From the NCBI GenBank assembly GCA_963667845.2, contig CAXXVL010000002.1, positions 1,760,001-1,824,000 of the forward strand: a stretch of DNA of 64,000 nt, written 5' to 3'. The DNA is from Smithellaceae bacterium (GTDB lineage: Bacteria; Desulfobacterota; Syntrophia; Syntrophales; Smithellaceae). The notes under the pieces were generated by a model. The model worked only from the letters and a program-made list of their open reading frames with translations, searched no databases and was not told the origin of the DNA. Both the position numbers and the translations under genes were made by a program. Shown here in pieces: positions 50,760-59,207 of this stretch. The stretch's first letter is position 1. Each line of letters begins with the position of its first letter.

Positions 50760-51650
50760 ATGAAAATATACAACAGCAGTTTATCTGTCGAGGTCGTAAT
50801 GAAATATAAAAAGCTTTTCCCGGATAGCAGAATCAACGTTCTCAGAAGCTTTGCTGTTCTGGATGCCGATGTTGCCTTGTTGTGCAAGAGGTTCCGTCCG
50901 CATATCGGAGGCCTGATTTTAGATTCAGGAACATGGACGTTGAATCAGGCTCCGGCAGCAATAGCGGCAAACATTACGGTTGAGAGATATATAGCCTATC
51001 TGCGCACTGCCGCAAAGTATTTTGATTTCTATTTCAATTTTGACTCAAACTTTGAATCAGACGGTTTTGAGGAAAATTATGCCAATCAGCTCAAGATCGA
51101 GGCAAGCGGGTTTTTTCCGGTGCCGGTCGTCCACGACATCGAAGGCAAGGAAATTCAAACCTACATCAATAGAAATTATCGCCGTGTTGCCCTTGGTTCA
51201 AGACAGATTAAGACTCTGGCAACGCTCAAAAAAGTCATGCTGAGGTTTAAGGGCACGGGAATCAAGGTACACCTCTTCGGTCAGACAAACGTTGATCTGC
51301 TGGCCAATACACCCATCCATTCCTGTGACACTGCCATGTGGGCGAGAGAAGGCGGTTGGGGGAAAATCCGGTATTGGAACCCTCAGAAAAAGAGTGAGAA
51401 TAAAACCGACCGCATTTATCTGGAGGAATACATCAAGACAGACCCAAATGATGGAATAACTTTTTCCAGGTATCGGTACCGCAGAGAATTTGAGGAATAT
51501 CTGTGGAACACATTCAAGCTTAAGCATGATGATTTGATCGGCAAGGATGGACATTACAACAAGCAGCTGGTCAATTTACATTACTTTGTGCAGCTTGAAA
51601 AAATCATCACTGATATTCATAAAAAGAAAGGATTTGAAACTGATGAATAA
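50760..51650 (+). CDS. TGT-fold / phage DpdA-like transglycosylase
   Basis: LILDSGTW, FNFD, PVPVVH, VALG, KVHLFG, PIHSCDTAMW in the TGT-family order. Confidence 0.7.
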   Translation: MKIYNSSLSVEVVMKYKKLFPDSRINVLRSFAVLDADVALLCKRFRPHIGGLILDSGTWTLNQAPAAIAANITVERYIAYLRTAAKYFDFYFNFDSNFESDGFEENYANQLKIEASGFFPVPVVHDIEGKEIQTYINRNYRRVALGSRQIKTLATLKKVMLRFKGTGIKVHLFGQTNVDLLANTPIHSCDTAMWAREGGWGKIRYWNPQKKSENKTDRIYLEEYIKTDPNDGITFSRYRYRREFEEYLWNTFKLKHDDLIGKDGHYNKQLVNLHYFVQLEKIITDIHKKKGFETDE

Positions 51651-51870
51651 ATGCTGACCCCGGCTTGGAGTAACACTGGCATAGCAAAAGCGCAGGATGC
51701 TGCGTTTTTTGAGAAAGGGGCGATGTTATATGATTTGATTTAATGGTTATATGGAAAGTCTCTAACTAAAATTTAATTAAAATGAACCCGAAAAATGAAA
51801 GGGGCCGTTCAATGTTGAGTCGGTCCTTTTCTATTTTCAAAACCAACAATAAATTAAAGGAGAAAATATT

Positions 51871-52881
51871 ATGAGTAAATATTCACCGAACAAAAGGAAT
51901 CAGATCATAAGAGATGCTAAGCAATGTTTTCAATCTTTAGATTTGCCCATTAACAATAATGAATTCGATAAGGACAGTGAAATAGTCTTTACCTCTCAAA
52001 TCTGTAATGATCATGTCTGCGCGATTGCACTCGTGTCATTACATGACCAAGTCGACTTTATAAGCATTGATATAAACTTTAGCCCTAAAGTACCTTCGGC
52101 TAAAATGGTTAATGTCTGGCAGTTGCTTAATCTTCTAAATGGAATGATGCCCATCTATCATTACTCGATCTGTCCCCGCTGTAATGGCATATCATTACGA
52201 TCAGCTTTGTTCCTTTCCGAAGAGATCCTGCCCAAGGGCAAATTCAAGCGGCTCGTTCAAGATATGCTTGATGATGCATACCTTTGTTTCCCGTTAATTG
52301 AAGAAGTTGCAAAGGCTGGCAACCCGGAGATTCTCTATGATCGTTTTATGGATGATCATAAGGACATCATGAAAATGGAAGGAAGGCTCTCAAAGGAAGT
52401 TATAAGTAAAATATTGGGCGATATGAAATCGGTTTTTGCCGAACTCAAAATGTCCAGGACAGAGGTTGAAATACGTGGAAATATGTTTATCAAGGATTTC
52501 GTATTTCAGGATATGGATATTCCTTTGCGTATGGGTATAGAATTGGCCCATGAAAATGAAATAATCACCATGAATCTTGCCCCTCCGTTTACTGTTCCCC
52601 ATGAGAAGATTCCAATGGTGACAGAATTGGTAACCCATCTCAATCGAGGACATGGTCCAAATCACTTCTTTATTCACAGGGAATCCCATCGCGTGGTCCT
52701 TCTTAAAGGGATTATGATTGGCAATGGTATTCTTGATAAAAAGGAATTTAAAATGGCTGTTTGTGCACTGCTGGAGGTTGGATGTAAAGTATTTCCCATT
52801 ATCAAGGAACAACTTTCGACGAATGAAAAACCTGATGCTCTCGTCAATCGGATCTTTGGAATTACAAAATGTAATGAATAA
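51871..52881 (+). CDS. Protein with two tandem YbjN-like (T3SS-chaperone fold) domains
   Basis: Internal repeat PKVPSAKMVNVWQLLNLLN / FTVPHEKIPMVTELVTHLN, each followed by IL.K..FK...FP.I.E. Confidence 0.6.
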   Translation: MSKYSPNKRNQIIRDAKQCFQSLDLPINNNEFDKDSEIVFTSQICNDHVCAIALVSLHDQVDFISIDINFSPKVPSAKMVNVWQLLNLLNGMMPIYHYSICPRCNGISLRSALFLSEEILPKGKFKRLVQDMLDDAYLCFPLIEEVAKAGNPEILYDRFMDDHKDIMKMEGRLSKEVISKILGDMKSVFAELKMSRTEVEIRGNMFIKDFVFQDMDIPLRMGIELAHENEIITMNLAPPFTVPHEKIPMVTELVTHLNRGHGPNHFFIHRESHRVVLLKGIMIGNGILDKKEFKMAVCALLEVGCKVFPIIKEQLSTNEKPDALVNRIFGITKCNE

Positions 52882-52899
52882 TCCAGACAGCTAACACAC

Positions 52900-52941
52900 A
52901 AAGGGGCTCATTCTCTCTTCACAGGGGATGAGTCCTTTTTT
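52900..52941 (+). terminator. Rho-independent terminator
   Basis: AAAGGGGCTCATTCTC-loop-GGGGATGAGTCCTTTTTT. Confidence 0.75.
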
Positions 52942-53035
52942 ATTTCATCCCGTTCAATGCCCAAGAAACAATCCCGAACCAATCTGTCTTGTTGCCTAGA
53001 ACAAATATTAAATTCAATTCAAGGAGGACTACATC

Positions 53036-53230
53036 ATGGAAACAAGAACCAATGTGCAAATCAATCTATCAATCCCCGAGCAATACCGCAATCTGCTCCG
53101 GAGAATGGCGGCAGAACGGGTCATGTCAGATCCAAGTCAAGTTACAACTGGATCGTCAATTGCAACGGAATTGCTGTTAGCGGCATTAAAAGAAATATCT
53201 GGAGAAACAAAGAAGGAAGGAGAAAAATAG
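53036..53230 (+). CDS. Small ribbon-helix-helix-like regulator
   Basis: AAGGAGG RBS; QINLSIP beta strand then two helices; 2 nt before the primase start. Confidence 0.6.
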   Translation: METRTNVQINLSIPEQYRNLLRRMAAERVMSDPSQVTTGSSIATELLLAALKEISGETKKEGEK

Positions 53231-53232
53231 AA

Positions 53233-55566
53233 ATGATAAACGATACTAATTTATCCAAAGAAGAATCCATAAAGGCAGCAACTAGCTTTTTAAACGCTAT
53301 ATTCCACTCATCCCTAAACCAAGACGCGGGTGAAATTGAAATAAGAATATTTAGACCCCAAGCAGCATCTCATTTCTTTAGGTCTGTTCAAGCCGCGGCT
53401 GAATTAACTATCGACCTTTGCAATCAAGGTTTAGACGTTTATGTCGGCGTTAATCCCAGAACAGGACAGAAGGGGAAAAAAGAGAATGTTCATTATCTGT
53501 CTTCCTTTCACGCTGAGATTGATTACGGCAGCATTGGCCATAAAAAGGAAACAGAATTTGCAAATTACGAAGAAGCGATGGACGCGATCAATAATTTTCA
53601 TTTGCAACCTTCTGCTGTTATTCATTCCGGCGGCGGTTTCCATTGCTACTGGGTTTTAAAAACTCCATTACGTGTATCAGATTATGGAATAGCTACACTG
53701 GAAAATATCAACAAAGCACTCACTCAATCTCTTAATGGCGATCCAGGCACTCATGATATTTCAAGGGTGCTTCGCGTTCCAGGAACCTTTAACTTTAAAA
53801 ATCCGCAGAATCCAAGGCCAGTTGGAATCATATCTATGAGTGGTTTGACGTATGAGTATGATGATTTTAACGAAGTGCTGGCGATCATAAAAGATGAACC
53901 GATTAAATCCAAGGCCAAAGCTGAAGTACAAACTATTTCATTAGTTGATAATAAAGAACCAGTTCAAACTTCAAGGGGCAATAATATTGAAATCGATAAA
54001 TTGCCGGTAACTGAAAAAATTAAATTCCTCATTCTGCATGGCAATGATGGTTCTTATACATCGCGTAGTGAAGCAGATATGGCAGTAATTTTATCGTTGG
54101 TTAATAAAGGCCTAAGCGAGAATGAAATCAAAAGCATTTTTCAGACATATCCCGTTGGCGTTAAGTATCGTGAACATTCAGCGCCAGATGACTATCTGAA
54201 ACATAATATCCAAAAGGCGAAAGAAATGTCTAATCTGACGGAAGAAGAAATGCAGAACCCGCTTTTCATATCAGGAGCCATTACAAAGACAGATAAAGGC
54301 TGTCGCTTAAACGTCTTGAAGTATGAGGAGTACATGGTGAAAAAATATATGATCAAGGTCATGGATCAGGAAAATGCATTCTTTAAATATAACGGAAAAT
54401 GCTATGAACACTGCACCGAGAAGACATTAAACAATCTTTGCCAGAATGAATTGGCGGATTACCGGTATCTTTTTGCCAAGTCGAATCTGAATGAACTGAT
54501 TCATTACGCGATTGGCGATGCCCTTGTAAATAGTGATAATGCAAGAATCAATCAGGTCAAATATCTCACTTTGCAAAATGGGCTTTATGATCTTGATGCC
54601 GGTGAGCTGATTGGCCATTCCCGTGATATTTTTACGACTAATCTTCTCCCTTACAATTATGATTCAACAGCAACTTGCCCCAGGTTCATTCAGTTCCTGA
54701 AAGAAATATTTGAAGATAATCAGGAAAAAATAGACTTTGTCCAGGAAGCTGTCGGTTATGCTTTTCATAAATCACTTCCTACACCGGCTGCATTCTTTCT
54801 TGTTGGCGGCGGCAGCAACGGAAAATCAGTTTTCATCAACACCATTGCCAGTCTGATAGGAAAGGAAAATACTTCCAACGTCAGCTTTAATGCCTTGTCA
54901 AATGAATATTACGTCTTGGAGCTCTTTCAGAAAATGATTAATATCTCCGGTGAAACTCCGCAGAATAAATGTATCAATACGGATGCAGTGAAAGCTGCAA
55001 CTGCCGGAGACTGGATCACAGGAAGAGAATTATACAAGGCACCCATGAAATTCAGACCATTTGCCAAGCACTTTCTGGCTATGAATAAACCTCCCGTCAT
55101 CTCTGATCAATCCCATGGAATGTGGAGAAGAATATGGGTTCTGGAATTCAACAGATGCTTCACTGAAACGGACATGGATCGACAACTGGAAGAGAAGCTG
55201 GTTAGTGAACTCTCCGGAATATTCAACTGGGCACTGGAAGGATATAAGACCTTAAAGGAGAAGAAATTTGCCCTGAGCGAACCATCGTCCATGAAGATGT
55301 CGAAGAAGGAATATCGTGATGACATTACCAGTGACAGCATCAGTTCTTTCGAGAAGAGGTGCATGCAGAAATCAAACGATCCAAAGGATATAGTCGTCTT
55401 CAGTGATACCTATGACATTTATGTGAAATACTGCATACGAGAAGAAAAACCAGACATACAGGTGAAAAATGATTTTAAGATAAGGCTCAAAGATATGGGC
55501 TATAAAATAGAAAGTTCAACAAAACGTAATAATAAAGTTTGTATCCTGAACGTAAAGCTGAATTGA
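53233..55566 (+). CDS. Primase-helicase: RepB-type primase domain + helical domain + D5/P4-family SF3 helicase
   Basis: IHSGGGFHCYW, DISRVLRVPGTFN, SRSEAD, LQNGLYDL, GGGSNGKS Walker A, GMWRRI, SGIFNWALEG. Confidence 0.92.
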   Translation: MINDTNLSKEESIKAATSFLNAIFHSSLNQDAGEIEIRIFRPQAASHFFRSVQAAAELTIDLCNQGLDVYVGVNPRTGQKGKKENVHYLSSFHAEIDYGSIGHKKETEFANYEEAMDAINNFHLQPSAVIHSGGGFHCYWVLKTPLRVSDYGIATLENINKALTQSLNGDPGTHDISRVLRVPGTFNFKNPQNPRPVGIISMSGLTYEYDDFNEVLAIIKDEPIKSKAKAEVQTISLVDNKEPVQTSRGNNIEIDKLPVTEKIKFLILHGNDGSYTSRSEADMAVILSLVNKGLSENEIKSIFQTYPVGVKYREHSAPDDYLKHNIQKAKEMSNLTEEEMQNPLFISGAITKTDKGCRLNVLKYEEYMVKKYMIKVMDQENAFFKYNGKCYEHCTEKTLNNLCQNELADYRYLFAKSNLNELIHYAIGDALVNSDNARINQVKYLTLQNGLYDLDAGELIGHSRDIFTTNLLPYNYDSTATCPRFIQFLKEIFEDNQEKIDFVQEAVGYAFHKSLPTPAAFFLVGGGSNGKSVFINTIASLIGKENTSNVSFNALSNEYYVLELFQKMINISGETPQNKCINTDAVKAATAGDWITGRELYKAPMKFRPFAKHFLAMNKPPVISDQSHGMWRRIWVLEFNRCFTETDMDRQLEEKLVSELSGIFNWALEGYKTLKEKKFALSEPSSMKMSKKEYRDDITSDSISSFEKRCMQKSNDPKDIVVFSDTYDIYVKYCIREEKPDIQVKNDFKIRLKDMGYKIESSTKRNNKVCILNVKLN

Positions 55567-55612
55567 AAAAATAAATTACCATGAGGGAGGGGAGTGAATA
55601 TTATAGCTTTTC

Positions 55613-55979
55613 TCCCCTCCCCAAAAGAAAAAGGGACTATCTATCTTGAACCAGATCATAACCTTTAGATTAAGAAAAGATTAACAAGTACAAGGCCAGA
55701 AAAACAGGATAATGGATAGATTATATATGCTTAGAGTAAAGATTAACTTTATTAACATAGAAATGACACATTCCCAAAATAAATATCAATAATAGAATTT
55801 AATATAAAATATTTAATGTCCAAAAAGGATAGAGTTTTTAGTTAATCTAGTTAATCTTTCGGGAAGCCTTACAAATTATTCTGGAATATGAGCTGTTGAA
55901 CATGAACAAGTTAATCTAATGTTATTCTAGTGGCCATGATCTTCAAGTAGTTGTCCTTCACTTTCTTTTGGGGAGGGGA
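55613..55979. other. Putative replication origin of island 2
   Basis: About 80-bp imperfect inverted arms (perfect 18-bp TCCCCTCCCCAAAAGAAA ends), AGATTAA/TTAATCT iterons facing an AT-rich core, directly after the primase gene. Confidence 0.6.
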
Positions 55980-56151
55980 AAAAGAGAACTTTCAATTATT
56001 TAAAGAAAATTTTGTTTGGTGATGGATAGTGTTATTAACATTCCGAAATCAACAATACAGGAAGTAATGCCTTACCATCATTTTTTGCATTTGTTTTCAA
56101 GAATACTTCATTTATCAAACCGTATGCCAGTTCCAAAACCTCCTATCTTAT

Positions 56152-56268
56152 TTACACTTTTTTAAAAGAAACCCACAATCCAATAATGGCACCAACAAGA
56201 ATAAACCCGATTCCAGTAACCAACGGTATAGCAACTACTTTGCGAGCATCATTTACTATCTCTATCAT
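56152..56268 (-). CDS. Possible 38-aa single-TM membrane protein
   Basis: MIEIVNDARKVVAIPLVTGIGFILVGAIIGLWVSFKKV; GAGG upstream. Confidence 0.3.
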   Translation of the reverse strand: MIEIVNDARKVVAIPLVTGIGFILVGAIIGLWVSFKKV

Positions 56269-56400
56269 GTCTACCATTTCCTCTCGTAACTCTTTCGCGC
56301 AAAGCCCATTAGATGCCTTTTTCATGCACTCAGCACCGATGGAGGTTTTGAAAAATGTCCCATCCCGAAGGGCTATATTATTAAGCGCTTTTTCGGGAAG

Positions 56401-57483
56401 TTAGGGCAATTTTTCCAAGTTGTGATATATATATCCTACCACCTGTGAACCATTTTTTTTAACATAGGACTTATTCGGGTAGTCAGCAATATTGGTTGTA
56501 TCCCACACATATTTTCCAGAAATCATGTTCATGCTTTTCATTTGAATGCCATTTTTATCAATGATAATCCCAACGTGACCAGCATAATCATTAATAGAAC
56601 TTGCCTTGAAAACAACGATTGCACCTATTTTTGAATGTGACCCTTTCTCACTTGTGGCGTTATGATACCAATCAATCGCGTTTCCGCTCCAAGGAAGTGA
56701 ATAGCAAGTTTTGCCGTTTAACGTAACTGAAGCTCCTTTGGTTTTCGCAACACCATATGTGCACCAACCATCGCAAAAAGTACCTCCGGTCTTTACCTTT
56801 GCTGAGCAAACCGCATTTTTCCCACCATTTGCACCATTACAATTCCATGTCCAAGGCCCCGATCCTTTTACATTAGTTGAAGTACCAGAGTTACATAATT
56901 TTGATGAAGGTTTTGAAGCAAGGGTCGAGCCGTTACTACTACCGCATGCACCATCTATCTTAGGCTTTTTAGTAGTTTTCTTCGCCGCCCTCGTTTCTTC
57001 TTCCTCAATAACCTTATTCAAATCAGCATCGGATAAACTTCTTGAAGTGCTGTCACAATTTATGCAAATTGCTTTGCCATTAAAATCCTGGATATTCAAT
57101 GCCGCCTTATCCCATATTGCACTTGTTGTTGATACTTCAAAGGTATATTCCCCTTGATGAAAATCGGATGCCCGTGCCGGATAGGAAATATTAAGTTTCC
57201 TTTTATCTTCACTCAAAATCGCTTTTCCAAGGCTTCTGATTTCTTTGGTTACATCATCTCCATTTAATTTGATTAAAAGCTTGCTCAAATCGATTTCGGC
57301 GTCGCTTCCTATTGAAAGAACAATATTGCAATCGCTTAGAAACGAAATGATGCCCCTGTTATTAGGTTCCACAGACACGGTCAGATCGGCATGGGCTGTA
57401 TTGCTTAGGATAAGAATGGGGACAAGAAAGACTAACCGCAAATATTTAACGAATTGGAACGGGCACAAAATGATTTTTTTCAT
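56401..57483 (-). CDS. Secreted CHAP-domain protein with N-terminal beta domain and Cys-rich module
   Basis: Signal peptide (AHA-D), GWCTYG, GNAIDW, GAIVVF, AGHVGI; DGACGSSNG...PWTWNCNG module. Confidence 0.8.
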   Translation of the reverse strand: MKKIILCPFQFVKYLRLVFLVPILILSNTAHADLTVSVEPNNRGIISFLSDCNIVLSIGSDAEIDLSKLLIKLNGDDVTKEIRSLGKAILSEDKRKLNISYPARASDFHQGEYTFEVSTTSAIWDKAALNIQDFNGKAICINCDSTSRSLSDADLNKVIEEEETRAAKKTTKKPKIDGACGSSNGSTLASKPSSKLCNSGTSTNVKGSGPWTWNCNGANGGKNAVCSAKVKTGGTFCDGWCTYGVAKTKGASVTLNGKTCYSLPWSGNAIDWYHNATSEKGSHSKIGAIVVFKASSINDYAGHVGIIIDKNGIQMKSMNMISGKYVWDTTNIADYPNKSYVKKNGSQVVGYIYHNLEKLP

Positions 57484-57521
57484 GATATTCTCCAAGAGAT
57501 AGTGAGTGTGAATCACAATGA

Positions 57522-59156
57522 TTACTTATGCTTTCTAAAAATGAAATCGCCTCCATCATGTCCGGAATTGCGGATAATATTATATTCAGGGGTTTGTTCA
57601 GTCCTACCCGCCACCGATTCCTTTAGGTAACGCGTGGTCAATTCCTCAGCCGTGAAAATATTTTCATTCGTATTATTCAGAGCTGTGATTAATACATCTG
57701 AAAAAATGGAGTGTCCTTTGCCGCCTGCATCGGTCACAGGTTCATTACCACCACTGGCGATCAGTACACGCGACGGCTTATTAAAGAGTTTATTCAGATA
57801 ATTCTCACGAGTACTGTTTTTTGACGGACTTGTATCGATGGATCGTGTCATGGTACCCGAAAAGCAACTGTCGGCGATTACCAGTATATGTCTGGCACTG
57901 ATCAGTTTGAACTGATCCGATAAGCTTCTCGCCTCCAACCATTCAGTATTGTCATCACGATCGGCATCAACAGGAAGCCAGTAAGATGTGCCGGTATCTT
58001 TATTGAATTCACCGTGTCCGGAGTAAAAAACAAGAAGGCTATCTTGTTCAGTCAATTTTTTGCGATAATCATTCAGCGCTTTCATTATATTTTCGCGTGT
58101 TGCCTGTTGGTCAATTAGCAGTTTGGTCTCAAATCCATAGCGATCACGTAGAACCTGATCAACAACGGTAGCATCGTTTACTGCATTTTTTAGCTTATTG
58201 ACATGCTGATAACTGTTGATGCCGATTATCAGACCATAGAATTTTCCCTGCATTAATGAATTTGAAAGCGATCTTGCTTCGGCAGAAGATAATTCTTCAT
58301 TCCCTGTCGATCGTGTAACTACCTCAATTACAGCTACTATTGTTTCAGCAACCTTTTGGATAACCTTGCACCACCCCCCGCAGTTGAGGTTGATTGTAAG
58401 TTGTTCAGTTCCATCACTACTGCGAGACTCTGACAATATTTGCCTTTGTACAATTATCTGCTCTGTACGATTACCGGCGAGGATAGACCTTACTCTTTCC
58501 CCGGCAACTGGCGCCGAATCAGTATATGTGACGGTAGCTCCCAGTTTTGCCGCAATGTTTTCCGCCTGTGCTTCAAGATCAGTGCAATTGTCGCACGATA
58601 CCATGAGTTCATAATTGTCACCCGTTGGTGCGTCTGCCGGGATACTTATATTAAAACGTTCGAATAGGTGAGGAGGCAATTTTATGAAAATTCTTGTTAT
58701 TGGTGGTGCAGGTTCATTGTTTGGATCTCGCGTTGCGGCGGAGTCGATATTTGAGAGACCTGCTTCTCCTTGCTTTGGGTTAGGTGATTCCAAAACGGTG
58801 CTATAGAGTTCTTTTAATTTATCATAGGCGTCAGTCCTACCAGCCTTCCACGCTCGACGATACATTTCTGAAGCTTCATAATCATTCTGCTTGACCCCAT
58901 AACCATTCTCATACATCAGGCCAAGCATATATAAAGCGTCTTTTGCATTTGGAGCAAGGTGAACGCAATCCTGGAAAGCACTAAAGGCTTGTGAATAATC
59001 CTTTGCATCATAATACTGCATTGCTTGAAGATACTGATTCCCTTCCTGTTGGTCAGCAGCTTGGACTAATGTGATATTCAACATTACAACGAAGAGTATA
59101 AATACAAGTAAGAAAATTTGAAACTTCATTCGAGCAGATAATATTGGATTTAACAT
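57522..59156 (-). CDS. Secreted Sel1-repeat + caspase-family (C14) protein
   Basis: Signal peptide (VQA-A), LGLMYENGYGVKQN Sel1, IIGINSY, FYSGHG, ADSCFSG His/Cys dyad. Confidence 0.9.
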   Translation of the reverse strand: MLNPILSARMKFQIFLLVFILFVVMLNITLVQAADQQEGNQYLQAMQYYDAKDYSQAFSAFQDCVHLAPNAKDALYMLGLMYENGYGVKQNDYEASEMYRRAWKAGRTDAYDKLKELYSTVLESPNPKQGEAGLSNIDSAATRDPNNEPAPPITRIFIKLPPHLFERFNISIPADAPTGDNYELMVSCDNCTDLEAQAENIAAKLGATVTYTDSAPVAGERVRSILAGNRTEQIIVQRQILSESRSSDGTEQLTINLNCGGWCKVIQKVAETIVAVIEVVTRSTGNEELSSAEARSLSNSLMQGKFYGLIIGINSYQHVNKLKNAVNDATVVDQVLRDRYGFETKLLIDQQATRENIMKALNDYRKKLTEQDSLLVFYSGHGEFNKDTGTSYWLPVDADRDDNTEWLEARSLSDQFKLISARHILVIADSCFSGTMTRSIDTSPSKNSTRENYLNKLFNKPSRVLIASGGNEPVTDAGGKGHSIFSDVLITALNNTNENIFTAEELTTRYLKESVAGRTEQTPEYNIIRNSGHDGGDFIFRKHK

Positions 59157-59207
59157 TTCATTAATCCTCCACACATTTATTAAATCTAGCGTAAGCTGCG
59201 TTTGATG

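Noticed and set aside
52957..53232. 92-aa N-terminal extension of the primase in the ORF track
   Set aside because: It overlaps the RHH-like gene, which has a strong RBS; the primase more plausibly starts at 53233.
57050..58600. c-type heme motifs (CINCD, CDNCT)
   Set aside because: They lack the His of CxxCH.
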